Assembly (NCBI GenBank): GCA_951406725.2
Contig: OX597815.1
Coordinates: 45,694,001-45,758,000 of the forward strand
DNA from: Octopus vulgaris
Lineage: Eukaryota
DNA length: 64,000 nt
Reading direction: 5' to 3'
The notes beneath the pieces were generated by a model. That model did no database searches. It had not been told where the DNA came from and saw only the letters and a program-made list of their open reading frames with translations. This document shows, in pieces, positions 1-12,614 of this stretch (the stretch's first letter is position 1; every line of letters begins with the position of its first letter). Made by a program: the position numbers and the translations under genes.

Positions 1-50
1 GATTCACTGGGGGTCTATTAACCACAGTTTTTTTTTTATCATCTTATAAA

Positions 51-560
51 GGCACAGGCATGGCTGGGTGGTAAGAAGCTTGCTTTACAACCGTATGGTT
101 CCAGGCTCAGTCCCACTGCATGGCACCTTGGGTGAGTGTCTTCTACTGTAGCCTAGGGCCAACCAAAGCCTTGTGAGTAGATTTGCTTGATGGAAACTGA
201 AAGAAGTCCGTTGTGTGTATTTATATATATTTTATTTCTGTATTTGGTTTGCAAGATTCTTTATGTGAATTCATGTGTTGAAGTATATTTTATTGTCTGG
301 AGAGAGTTATTCTCTATTAGTACCTTATTAAATTAATAAGGCACTAACAGAGAATAATTTTCCCCAGACACAATAATATATGTGTGTGTGTATATATGTA
401 TGTGTGTGTGTGTGTGTGAGTGTTTGTCTCCCACTACTGCTTGGCAACTGGTGTTGGTGTTGTTAAGTCCTTGTAACATAGTGGCTCAGCTAAATACCCC
501 AACAAAATAATTTCAAGGCTTAAAACAATAAAAAACCAGTACTGGGGTCGATTCATATAG
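51..560 (+). mobile_element. tRNA-derived SINE, family A (dominant SINE of the window), interrupted in its microsatellite by a palindromic insert
   Basis: Head ggcacaggcatggctgggtggtaagaagc...ggttccaggctcagtccc (A/B-box like), body ggcaccttgggtgagtgtcttctact, (TG)n middle, tail taaaaaaccagtactggggtcgattc; the same sequence recurs more than 20 times in the window. Confidence 0.85.
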
Positions 561-812
561 TCAAAGATCATATAGTCAAAATTGTAAATCATTTCACTGA
601 CAAAAATTAAAAACTTCAATACATCATTTCATAAATTTCATAAGAGACCATATCACTTCATCAAATATATTTCTATCTAATTTGATTGTTATTATGACAT
701 GTTGATAATTGCTGTCAGCTTAGTAATCTCCATCTCAATTGTTTTGACAGGTTTTTCTAATGTACTGGTATTGTTTCTCATTAACTTTTATACTAAAAGG
801 GAATTCTGTTAT

Positions 813-1305
813 TGTAAATTGTAATGTAGTGTGTGTTCTGACTCCCTTTGGTCATGAATGACCATGGGATTGCACCTAGAAATTTACCCTCCGAGGCACA
901 AGTCTGGGCAAGGTTGTTTATGGAAGACCAGCAGTCGCCCATGCATACCAGCCTCCCCTCCCCACTGGCACCAGTGACGTCACAGCTCATTTATTAACGT
1001 GCAAGTGGCTGAGCACTCCACAGACACGTGTACCCTAAATGTAGTTCGCGGGGAGATTCAGCGTGACACAGAGTGTGACAAGGCTGGCCCTTTGAAATAC
1101 AGGTATGACAGAAACAGGAAGAAAGAGTGAAGGAAAGTCGTGGTGAAAGAGTACAGCAGGGTTCACCACCACCCCCTGCCAGAGCCTTGTGGAACTTTAG
1201 GTGTTTTTGCTCAATAAACACTCACAATGCCTGATCTGGGAATCAAAACCACGATTCTATGACCGCGAGTTCGCTGCCATAACCACCAGGCCATTGTGCC
1301 TCCAC
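813..1305 (-). mobile_element. tRNA-derived SINE, family C
   Basis: Minus strand begins gtggaggcacaatggcctggtggttatggcagcg...ggttttgattccc (tRNA-like A and B boxes), followed by a GC-richer body; ORFs 793..990 and 994..1221 are incidental. Confidence 0.65.
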
Positions 1306-1436
1306 TGTAATGTATTATTTATTTATCTATCTATTCATTAATCCATTATAATTTTTTTACCTGTACGAAGAAGAATATTGGAGTCTGTTGCGATTTGTGG
1401 TAATCAAAATTTTTTATTCTTTTCATACACAAAATA

Positions 1437-1620
1437 GGTACAGGTGTGGTTGTGTGGTAAGAAGCTTGCTTCTCAGCCACATTGTTCTGCGTTCAGTCCC
1501 ACTGTGTGGCACATTGGGCAAGTGTCTTCTACTATAGTCTTAGGTAGATCAAAGCCTTGTGAATGGATTCAGTGATGGAAACTGAAAGAAGCCTATCATA
1601 TATATATATATATATATATA
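1437..1620 (+). mobile_element. SINE family A, 5' half (its tail resumes at about 3745-3880)
   Basis: Family A head and body followed by (TA)n; the tail is separated by inverted inserts and the PLE. Confidence 0.75.
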
Positions 1621-1979
1621 TATTGGACTTCTTTGCCAAACTGCTAAGTTACAGGGATGTAAACACACCAACACAGATTGTCATGGTTATTCCAGTAACG
1701 ATATTAAATATCTACAAAAAAACTGAGTTGTTATTTTCTGCAAATTGCATTTCTTACAAAAACTTGACTATCTCAACAGGAAATAGTTCTAAAAAGACAT
1801 GAGCATGGTTGTGTGGTAGGAAGTTTGCTTTCCAACCACATGGCTCTGAATTCAGTCTCACCACATGGCACTTTGGGCAAGTGTCTTTTCTATAGCTTCA
1901 GGCCAATGAAAGCCTTGTGAATAGCTTTGGCTGACAGAAACTGAAGGAACAGACATAGATACACACACACACACATATG

Positions 1980-2025
<46 letters not shown>

Positions 2026-2150
2026 AAGAATTCCAACCTTGTCTGATTTTCACGTTTTATTTACAATCTTATAATGATATATTATAAGATAATATATTAT
2101 AATTGAATAAAATAAAATGAAATAGTAGAATGTTAAATATTCATTCTGAT

Positions 2151-2195
2151 TGAACTAGTACTTTCATGCATTGAATTCTGCAATCTTCGGGTTCA
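2151..2195 (-). ncRNA. Minimal type I hammerhead ribozyme motif in the PLE 3' region (core variant CCGAAGA)
   Basis: Minus strand: TGAAC-CCGAAGA-TTGCA gaattcaa TGCAT-GAAAG-TA-CTA-GTTCA; stem I TGAAC/GTTCA, stem II TGCA/TGCA, palindromic AGTACT stem III. Confidence 0.7.
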
Positions 2196-2690
2196 TGTAG
2201 TAGTGTTGACAGTCATGCTTCACAATTTTTGACTGTAGCAAGATGATTGATTCTGTGCTATAAATACAGCTGGGAGAGGCTCCAGAGTGCTAGGTTTTGC
2301 AAACTGTATTCTGACCAATCAGTGTGTAGTATCACTCAATTACTTAAGCTGATTGGTTGGTTGAGCTGATTGGTTTAGGCATCACGCTTTGTTGGACATG
2401 TCAAGAGTCCTGTATCTTGACCCTGGCCAAAGCAGCAATTGTTGAGTTATTTTTAGAAATGTTGTAAATATCCTTTGTCAGAGATTTTTATATTTTTATA
2501 TTTCAATTGTCATCATCATCATTGTCAGCACCTTAATTATTGTTGCTAGTGGTGATGGTGGTGGCAATAGAATTTTTAACCCTAAATAAGATAATTTTCC
2601 TGCTATCTTCATCTTGATCACCTTTAGTATTGTTGTTGTTGTTAGTGGTCATGGTCGTAGCAGTGGAAGTAATACCTCTAAGTATTATTA

Positions 2691-3714
2691 TTATTGCTTA
2701 TTTAGCTTGGGTTCGAATTTATCAATAAAATTCTTTTCTCTGATTTTCCTCTCGATTTCACTTGGGCTGTGTAATTTGTAGAATGGAAATATTATATATA
2801 TTTTCCGACCACATGTTGCTAGGTGGTTACTCAAAGGTATCTGACGGACCTCTGGGTCTCTAATCTGTTGCCGGTATACACGTGAGCGTTCTAATAGTGC
2901 GTTTCCCGTCTGACCTACATATATTTCTTCACAATTTGGGCATTTGATGCAGTAAATTAAATTTCTGCTTTTGCAGTTCATATTCGCGTTTGTGAATATT
3001 TTCCCGGTTTTTGTGTTTATATATTGACCGGTATGTATGAATTGGCATGTGCCACATCGGCTATCATTGCATTTAGATACCGTGAATGTTTGGTCTTTGT
3101 TGCTGAGGTCAAATTTTGCCTTTGTTAGTAATGTTTTCAAGTTTTTAGGCTGTCTTTTACTAAGCACCATAGCTCGATCCGTGATTATGTCTTTTAATTC
3201 ATTACTTTGGGCAATGATTGGTAGGTTTGCTTTGGCAATGTTGAAGATATTCTGGTGACATGGGTTGTGTGTCACTATGAATGGTATGACTTGTTCTTGT
3301 TTTCCTCTTCCTTGGGTTGTCCTAAGTTGTTGTATGGGTATTTTTATAGCCCGCTGTATGCCATTTTCTATAAGTAGAGATGGGTATTTTTGTTTGAGCA
3401 AAAATTCTCTTAGTTCTATTAGGCGTTTGTTCCTGATATTTGCATCTTCTACAATAGTACAAATTCTTCTGGCTAGGCAGTATGGGATGTTACGTTTTGT
3501 ATGTGGTGGATGGCACGACTTAAAATTTAGGTATTGATGTGTATCTGTGTGTTTATAGTATATATCTGTGGTGATGGTGGTGTCTTTTTTAATTACCATT
3601 ATATCCAGGAATGGTAATTTGGTACTACTCATCTCCTTTGTAAATTGGAGAGATGGGTGTAGGTTGTTCAGGAGGATATTGAACTCTTCCAGAGTATTTA
3701 GAGATTCTGTCCAG
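2691..3714 (-). CDS. PLE reverse transcriptase C-terminus/thumb plus GIY-YIG endonuclease (5'-truncated; frame open upstream of the Met at 3632)
   Basis: LHPSLQFT...LPFLDI...TDIYYKHTDTHQYLNFKSCHPPHTKRNIPY (PLE RT/thumb); CNDSRCGTC...NC linker; NLIYCIKCPNCEEIYVGQTG...R...E...LN (GIY-YIG with CxxC). Confidence 0.9.
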
Positions 3715-3756
<42 letters not shown>

Positions 3757-4329
3757 ATCTGTTACATCCCTGTAACTTAGCAGTTTGGCAAAGAAGACCA
3801 GAATATGTACTAGGCTTTGAAAAATAAGTCTTCAAGGCGGTGCCCCAGCATGGGTGTAGTCAAATGACTGAAACAAGTAAGAGTTTGGAGATAATTGTTC
3901 TTGAGTTGATATGGTTGAAGCAGCAGTCAAAAGGTTGGCTGCTGGTCATTGTGTTGTAGCTACTCAGTGTTCAATGGTTTGATGTTGTCATCTGCTGTTC
4001 TGCTACTGTCTCCTATGTCCAGTATGGTGTCTCCTCTTAGCTGTCTCACATATAAATGCTAAGATGGGTGTCAATGCTTTCCATGCTGTATCCCATAGCG
4101 TTCTGTCTAGTAGTTACAGTGTGTTAAATTTATGCAGAAGGAAGCCAAAAAAGACGCTGGAGCTTATTCCATGCAAAGTTGTGATGTGGAGAATCATGAC
4201 TTTGAGTGATTACTGAATACTCTTCTTGCAAACCCTTATACTCTAGATAGCATATATATCCACTCAAAATTAACAGCGGGAAGCAGCTTTATATACCCGT
4301 CTACCTTTTCTAGAGGTATGTCATATTTT

Positions 4330-4737
4330 ATCCTTTTTATCTTTCACCTGTTTTGGGTATTCGACTGCGGCCATGCTGGAGCACAGCCCTGAAGAATGTT
4401 AGTTGAATGAATTGATCCCAGTACTTATTGTTTTTTTTTTTACCAGGTACTTATTCTGTCATTCTCCTTTTGCTGAATCACTAAGTTACAAGGATGTAAA
4501 CATGTCAACACCAGTTGTCATCACCTGGTGGGGGACAAACACAGGCATGAATGCACCCCCCACACACACACACACATACAAGAAGGGCTTCCTTCAGTTT
4601 CTGTCAACCAAAGCTATTCACAAGGCTTTCATTGGCCTGAAGCTATAGAAAAGACACTTGCCCAAGGTGCCATATGGTGAGACTGAATTCAGAGCCATGT
4701 GGTTGGAAAGCAAACTTCCTACCACACAGACATGCTC
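4330..4737 (-). mobile_element. SINE family A, full-length
   Basis: Reverse complement of family A from tail (ttttatctttcacctgtttt) to head (cctaccacacagacatgc). Confidence 0.8.
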
Positions 4738-5449
4738 ATGTCTTTTTAGAACTATTTCCTATTGAGATAGTCAAGTTTTTATAAGAAATGCAATTTGCAG
4801 AAAATAACAACTCGGGTTTTTTGTAGATATTTAATATCGTTACTGGAATAACCATGAAATTTAATTTTTCAGTTAAAGGGATAATATATTGTTTATGTAC
4901 ATTAGGCAATGGATAACTCTAGTATTAAAGGTTTTATTCAAATGGGTAGAAAGCTTTAGTGATTGGAAGAAATAAGCCTTTACTGACTGTTGCTTAGATA
5001 AAAAAATCTATAACAACCAAAAAAATAACAATCGTTTTTATATTTGCCTGAAGTCAGAAGATATAATGTTGGAAGTGTTACAATGAAAGAGAAATACTTT
5101 TCAAAAGAAATCGGATTATATTAAATTATAAGTCCGTCCGTCCGTCTGTCTATCCATCCATCCATCCATCCATCCATCCATCTATCCATCCTTCCATCCA
5201 TCCATCCATCCGTCTGTCCGTCCATTCATCCATCCATCTTTTCTGCTCACAATTCCTAGGAGGATTGCGGGGGAAGCATCCTCAGGCACCTCCTCTGTAG
5301 AATCCTATCAGATGCAGCTGCCATTAAACTTTCTGGTTGTATTCCCAAGTGAAACCAACTGAAACTATGAATATTATCCAATCCTCTCGTTCTTGGTTTA
5401 ACCCTAGGTCTCTTGCCAGTTGTTCTGCAGGAATTAGAAGTAATTTCAA

Positions 5450-5655
5450 ATTTTGGTACGAGGCCAGAAATTTTGCATGAGAGGTTAAATTGATAACATT
5501 CACTCCAGTAAACTGGTACTTGTGTTTTTGGCTCTGCAAAGATGAAAGGCAAAGTCCACTTTGGCGGGATTTGAACTCAGGACATAAAGAGGTGGAAGAA
5601 ATGCTGTAAGGCATTTTGTCTGAATGCGCTAATCATTCAACTAGTTTGCTACCAT
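5450..5655 (-). mobile_element. SINE family B (tRNA head; central ctttgcctttcatcctttc...aagtaccag block resembling Nin-type domains)
   Basis: aaggatgaaaggcaaagt...ggatttgaactcag; recurs at about 11300, 13680-14580, 16335-16720, 26800, 41290-41800, 45090, 57010-57550 and 60240. Confidence 0.7.
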
Positions 5656-7084
5656 GATAATATGAATAATACGATGAAAATAACTCCAAAACAGAAAATT
5701 GCTAAACCGGGCAAATCAGGACAACCCACAAACTCCAGCTACTCTTAACACAAAGGCAAGTGCTTTTATTCTTGCAGTTAATCTACACAGCTGAATCATC
5801 TAGTCACTGTTGAATTTTGTATTAATATCATTGTCCTAAAATTTAGTGGGAGTCCAGACATTTTTCTTCTCTACTCATAAAAGGATATCATAAGAAGACA
5901 ATGAGTGCTTCTTACTCAATGGCAAGACCTGACCACAAAACATTGTGTCTCATGTAGGCATTACTTCTTTTACTAGGTACTCTGTTAGAGTTGATGCAAT
6001 CGACTTATTCTCTCCACGAACTTGCTGGCCATGAGCCAAAATTTGAAACCAATAATTATCAGGTAGAAAAACACTGCCTGACGTTTGTCAAAAAGAAATA
6101 TCTGTACAAATATTACAGTGACCCAGTAGATAACTTGATCTGTATCACACCAAGCAGGAAACAAATTGGTCCGGTTATGATGGACTGTGCACCAGCGAAT
6201 ACTAAATTAAAACTGTTTATCTAAAGACCAATAACTGATGTGGAATGTATCAGGATCTGGAGTCCTGGGTTCAATCCCACTGCATGGTGTCTTGGACAGG
6301 TGTTTTTTCTACTATAGTCCCTGGCTAACTAAGACCCTGAGAGTGAATTTGGTGGATGGAAGCTGAAAGAAGCCTGTTGTATGTGGTGTGTATGTGCATG
6401 CACTGCTGTCTCCTTGTCTAGACATCATGTGATAGTTGGAAATTAATGTCTCTGTCATTCAGGTGGTGTCCCCTGTACAAACCCATGGTTCTTGGATTTG
6501 AAATCCAGCACACTATCCCCTGCGTTAAGGGACATACATATGTATAGCCTGTCATCTCATATCATTTTGTTGTTTCATATTAGAAGTTTCATTTTGGCCT
6601 GTGAACAGAGAAATTACTTCCTCCCCATTTCTATGTCTCTTCCACAATGTAGCCATGTGGCTTGGTTGCTTGAGGTGTGTCCTCCCATCCCACCCCTCTT
6701 CAACTATGCTGGAAGTTTTTCTTCTGGAAACCTTTCTTATATACAGGAAACCTGTATGAAAACCTCTCTTCCTCCTCTCCCATTCCCTCCCACTGACATC
6801 TCACTATCATCAACAGTACTACAATATAAAAAAAGGCACAGCTAGCATACATGTATCAGACATTTGGACAGGTGTATTTGTCAGTGGGTTAATTATTGAT
6901 GCTATTTTATCTTTGTATAAGCAATAGTTTATACCAGAAGAATCTGGTGGATATGGCAAGCATGAAGCAAATGAATGATGGTGAATGAATTATAGATGAT
7001 GAAACTTATATGAAACTTATGTGAACTTATATGATATGCCTGTTGTTAAACAATCATGCAAACTTACTTTTCAGATGTAGAATG

Positions 7085-8640
7085 CTGTCCCCTATTCCCT
7101 TGTTCCCTCTTGTCACCCTTTTCTCATCCTTAGGGTTGGCGCACTCAACAAGGGCACATTGAAAGGTAGGCCTAGTGAGATTGTTGAGATGCAGGAATGA
7201 AGGTGTATAGATGTGTGTTGCATTCATGAAGTAAGGTGGAGGGGAATTTTGGTCAGGTTCCTCACTAGCAAAGAATACAGGTATAAAATCTTCTGGGTGA
7301 TCAATAGTGATGCATTGGTGATGTGGAAATACTTCTTACTGAGAAATGGGTTGATAAGGTGATTGAGGTAGTCAGATTGTGTGATAGGATACTTATGCTG
7401 AGACTAGTTTCGCAAAATAGAATGGCAACTATTATTTCTTCCTACATTCTTCAACTGGGGCTGCCAAATGATCAGAAAGATCGATTTTATGAAACCCTTT
7501 TGCAGACTACCTTGTTGACAAATGACAGTGACCTTCTCTTCATGTTTAGTGACTTTAATAGCCATGTTTGGCAGCATCTGGGTGGGTTCCACAGTGTGCG
7601 TGGAGGATATAGAATTGGTTCCTGCAATGAGGAGGGAATTAGGCTATTGGAGTTCTGTGATGCAAATGACCTTATGATCTGCAACACTAACTTCAGGAAA
7701 CCAGTCAGTTACCTGCTCATTTATCAATCTAGTGACTACACAAGCCAGATTGACTACATTCACACGAGAAAGCAGGAAAGATAGTTGCTTACAAATGCAA
7801 AGACCTTCCCAGGTGAAGAGTCTACACCTCAATATAGATTAGCCATTAGTGACTTCAGACTTTAGACTAGAAGGATATCAAGAAGCAAACCAACCTCAAT
7901 ATAGATTAGCCATTAGTGACTTCAGACTTTAGACTAGAAGGATATCAAGAAGCAAACCAAACTAGAAAAGGAATATCTGGAAGCTTAAGGATTCTCTGAA
8001 TAGTCAGAGATTTAGAGACATTCTAATCGAAACATTTGATGTGGAGGAGGAAATAGTGACATAGAACATAGAGGACCACTAGAAGTTCCTATGGAACAGC
8101 CTAATGAGAGCCACTGACCAAATTTGTGGCTGGTGAAAAGATTCATCCAGATCTAAGGTGACATGGTGGTGGAAAAGTGTAGTTGACCAGGCTATTAGAA
8201 CAAAGAAGAAGGACTGGAAGAGGTGAAGCATAGAATTATATAAGGTAGCTAAAAAGGAAGCTAAGAGACAGGTATATTTAGCTAGGGAAGAAGCAAGAGG
8301 GAAGTAGTTTACCAATGTTCTACAGTGGGAGGATCAGAGACTTGAGGTTTGTCGAATTGTAAGACAGTGTGTGAGAGGAAATTGTAATGTAGGAGAGAAG
8401 TGTATATGCATGGATGATGGTTCACTTGTAGCTAGTGATTTTGCAAAGAAAGAGACTTGGAAGTGCCACTATGAAAGGCTGTTAAATATAGAGAATGCAT
8501 GTGAGAAGGAGAATCTGCCTATGTGAACTCAAGAGAGGGTCCAACTATCCAAATCAACAGTAGCTTGATAGATAAAGCAGTTGAGGATATGAAGACAACC
8601 AGCCTGCCACCATCACTAATCACCACTGAAGTGCTTAAAT
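7085..8640 (+). pseudogene. Decayed RTE-clade LINE (APE endonuclease region into the RT-proximal region)
   Basis: ORF 7323..7784 has APE motifs (DRILMLRL, FSDFNSHV, NEEGIRLLEFC, ICNTNFRK, SQIDYI); continues with stops and frameshifts (WWWK..V..AI). Confidence 0.85.
7826..7960 (+). repeat. Perfect 67-bp tandem duplication inside the RTE fragment
   Basis: acctcaatatagattagccattagtgacttcagactttagactagaaggatatcaagaagcaaacca x2 (starts 7826 and 7893). Confidence 0.9.
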
Positions 8641-9146
8641 AATCCTTCATTTCACCTTAATCCTTCATCTACATTTTCTCTTTTTTTTCTGTCTTCTTCT
8701 AGTCTTCTGTTATCTCCATAGTATCCTTTAAAGACATGAATAGGTTGTCATAGAGTTCTTTGAAACTTTATTGTCTCTGACCTCTGTTCCATGTGGATGC
8801 ATTGGAGTCCATTGAATTTCAACTGTTCTTCATATCTCTCACTCGCTTGGGTGATGCATAACAAAGTGGGTCACTCAGAATCTTCTCTTACCTGAGTTTA
8901 AACTCATCTAATGAAAGCAGGTTATTTTTATGATGAAATGGACCAATTCACCAGCAAAAAAAGCTGCTGAAACAACTGCTGTGTACCTTAAAAATCCATT
9001 TGTGTTCTATAGTAATAAAAGTGAATTTCTGTCTGTCAGTCTGGGACTCTGTATCTCAGTCTACATAAACATATTATACTTTTTTGGAATCAGAATGATC
9101 CCAGGATTGAAAATCGTGCCCTTCATCTGGTTCTTGAACATGCAGC

Positions 9147-9511
9147 ATTGGGATCTGATTTAAAAACATTTGGGTTGCTATTTCTTGCAGGTAAAGCTTG
9201 ACTGATTCATGCCATCTTGGTTGGCGTTTGTCAGATGATGTCAGAGATCAAAGGGGAGATAAATGACATTTGCTTCATTAATTTTATGTTGAGATGAGAA
9301 CTTTGGGACAAATTGGCCAACAGATGGAATTGGGATCTGATTTAAAAGCATTTGGTTTGCTATTTCTTGCAGGTAACACTTGACTGATTCATGCATTTGG
9401 TTGGCATTTGTCAGATGATGCCAGAGATCAAGGGGGAGATAAATGACATTTGCCTCATTAATTTTATGTTGAGATAAGAACTTTGGGACAAATTGGCTAA
9501 CAGATGGAATT
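9147..9511 (+). repeat. About 182-bp diverged tandem duplication
   Basis: attgggatctgatttaaaa...ctttgggacaaattggc(c/t)aacagatggaat at 9147 and 9329. Confidence 0.9.
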
Positions 9512-10286
9512 CAATTTGGGACTGAAACAATAGAATGATTGCATTACAGAATTAATTCTCATCCATCCTTAACCTCTGATCAAACACCACTGGGGCAAAT
9601 AGTCATTATAGATATATTTTGTCATGTTATCTAGCTCTAGTTTTGGGCTACAGGCCCAATTAGACCTCTGCAGGTGCTAGCTTAAAAGTCCTCTTGGAGT
9701 GCAGGTTTTAAGCTAGTATCTTATAAATCTTTTATCTTTTACTTGTTTGGTCATTAGACTGCTTCACAGCTGTTGTTCAGTGTTTTATATTTTCACTTGT
9801 TTCAGTCCTTAGACTGCAGCCATGCTGGGGCACCATGTTGAAGAATTTTTAATTGAATGTATTGATCTCAGTACTTACTTTTTAAAAGCCTGGTACTTAT
9901 TCTATTAGTCTCTTTTGCTAAACCGCCAAGTTATGGGAATGTAAACAAACCAACACCAGCTGTTGAATGGTGGGGACATCACATACACAAAGAAATACAT
10001 ACACACACATACATATATATGACAGGCTTCTTTCAGTTTCCATCTACCGAATCCATTCACAAGGCTTTGGTCTGCCCAAGGTTATAGTAGAAGACACTTG
10101 CCCAAGGTGCAATACAGTGGGACAGAAACCCACATCCATGTAGCCTAGCAGTTTGACATAAGTGTCTGATAAAATAAGTGTTAGGTTTAAAAACAAAAAG
10201 TACTGGGGTTGTTTCATTTGACTAAATTTCTTGAAGGTGGTACCCTTGCATGGCTGCAGTCTAATGACTGAAACGAGTAAAAGACA

Positions 10287-10333
<47 letters not shown>

Positions 10334-10839
10334 CACACACATATATATTCATAACCTTATATATATATGCATGCACATGTAGATACATTTGCACAGATAT
10401 GCATATACAAATATGCATACAATTGCATATACACATGTAAATATATATATACATACAAACACACTCATATATATGTCTATATACACAAACATATATATAC
10501 ACATACATATATGATCTAATCTATATATATATGTTTTGACATAATACATATGCTCGGGCTGACTTACATATCTATATATTGTCAATAAAGAATCAAGTTA
10601 TTGGGAGTAGTTATCTGTTTTTTGTTCTGTCTATATATGTTACGATAAGATGCTGGTTATTTGTGTTTACTTTTTTTTGTGAATACAGATATTGTTTTTT
10701 TTCCCCTTGTGTGAATGAAAATCTCTTTACTAGGTCAGCAGAGCAAACAGCTTGATTCCTGTTATTTATGTATTGCCAATAAACTTCAGATAAACTTAAG
10801 CCATTGTTTACTTAAACTAGTAATCCGGAGAATATAATA

Positions 10840-11177
10840 CAGTAATACCTCACTTTAGGAGGATCCACTTTACGAGACCCCAAGTTTACGAGTTTTATTT
10901 TTCAAGAACAAAAACCAAATTTTGATTCAGAAAATGATAATAATAATAATATTTTTTATTATAAACGATTTTGACATTCTTTTTACTTTACATAAAATAT
11001 TCTTTACATTCTACTGTTGTTTTATTGCTATTTATTGACGAGTATTATAAATGTTATAAGTAAAATATTTTTCTGGGAATGAATTATGATTTATAATATT
11101 GCTACTATGGGAAATTATTGCTCTGCTTTATGAGCAGTCTCCAGGAACAAATTAACTTGTATATCAAGGCATTAGTG
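10840..11177. mobile_element. Pogo/Tigger-like MITE
   Basis: ta|cagtaatacctc ... caaggcattagtg|ta; degenerate TIRs and TA target duplication. Confidence 0.55.
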
Positions 11178-11969
11178 TATGTTTGCCTTATGAAATTTAA
11201 TTTGGCGAAAGAGAAAGAAAAATATTAGTAAGAGTATATTTATTTCTTTATTGTCCACAGGGAGCTAAACATAGAGGGGACAAACAAAGGGTTTTAGTCA
11301 ATTACACTGATCCAGTGCGTAACTGGTAATTATTTAATCGACCCTGAAAGGATGAAAGGCAAAGTTGACTTTGGCAGAGCTTGAGCTCAGAACATAATGG
11401 CAGACGAAATACCGCTAAGCATTTTGCCTGGCGTGCTAATGATTCTGCCAGCTTGCATATAAGTATATTATAGTTTTTATAAAGGTACAGGCACAGTTGT
11501 GTAGCAGGAAATTTGCATCCCACCCACATGGTTCTGAATTTAATTCCACTGCATGTCGGGAAGGATCTTCTACTAGTCTCATGCTGATCAAAGCCTTGTG
11601 AATGGATTTCATTGACAACTGAAAATAAGTCTGTCATATGTGTGTGTGTGTTTGTGTATTTGTGCACACACACACATACATACACACACAAGTATTATTA
11701 ATGGGAGGTGTCTTACATGTTTTTCTTTCCTATATTTTGGCTATGGGGAAATTTCTTGCTTGGAAACAGGTGAAGATTGGTAGCAGAAAGGACATCTGGC
11801 TGTAGAAAAAAAATCTGCCTCAAATGAAACTCTCTCCAACCCACACAAGCATGGAAAAATAGACATTGAATGATGATGGTGATCAAGAGGAAGAAGAGGA
11901 TGATGATGAGGAGGATGAGTAGGAGTAGGATGAGAAGGGGTAGGATGAGGAGGATGAGGAAGTAGAGGG

Positions 11970-12242
11970 ACCCTGAGACATAGAATTTATTTCAAGGGTT
12001 CCCTGAAGCAAAATTTTTGAGGAAATGTTCCTTACACTAACACTCTTTGCACCCTTCTCATTTTATCAAATAATAACCCAACTCCACTTATAGATTTTTA
12101 TCGAAATCCAATTAGCCTTATAATTGAACTGGGTGTTAGTTTAACATGTATGCAAAATTTCATCAAGATTGGTTCACTGGTGTACACAGCAAGATGGTAA
12201 CAGACAAAGTGACAGACAGAAATTGCCATTTATGTATAAGAT
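11970..12242 (-). mobile_element. Non-autonomous Helitron/HINE-like fragment
   Basis: Minus 5' end a|tcttatacataaatggcaatttctgtctgtc; internal atgtatgcaaaatttcatcaagattgg block typical of such elements. Confidence 0.5.
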
Positions 12243-12614
12243 TACTATCAGGAATTGTGTTTAAAAAATTGCTAAAATATTTTGTGTGTTGTAGAAGCAT
12301 AAGCAATTTATTGCACATAAATTTTAACAACCACATCCTTTATGGACCCTGCAAGGGCCATATGGACTCCAGTTGAGAACTACTGGTTTAAACAATACCT
12401 AGCAGACAGTCAGACACTTCTAACTCTTTGTATCCCTATCATAGCATATTTTGTAGAAATAGTTCATTTCTGATTTCGTTTTGCAAACCAATTCACTTAT
12501 GTCAAGAAAGGGCATGAATATCACAAATTTCCCTTCCTTTATAAAATGAGGATCCATGTGAGTGTCAAACTTATTATTACAATTTCATGTGAAATATGGT
12601 TGGTTATGGATTAA

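Larger units (their letters stand above)
2020..3714 (-). mobile_element. 5'-truncated Penelope-like retroelement, Neptune-type, inserted in (TA)n
   Basis: Encodes RT C-terminus, Cys linker and GIY-YIG endonuclease; 3' non-coding part contains a hammerhead motif; (TA)n on both sides (about 1984-2019 and 3715-3742). Confidence 0.9.

Noticed and set aside
7323-7784. ORF that would be annotated as craniofacial development protein 2-like
   Set aside because: It is the APE domain of a broken RTE LINE, not a host gene
10734-10800. Possible + strand terminal exon (ctctttactag|GTCAGC...AATAAA)
   Set aside because: No upstream + strand exon found to join it; chance level in AT-rich DNA
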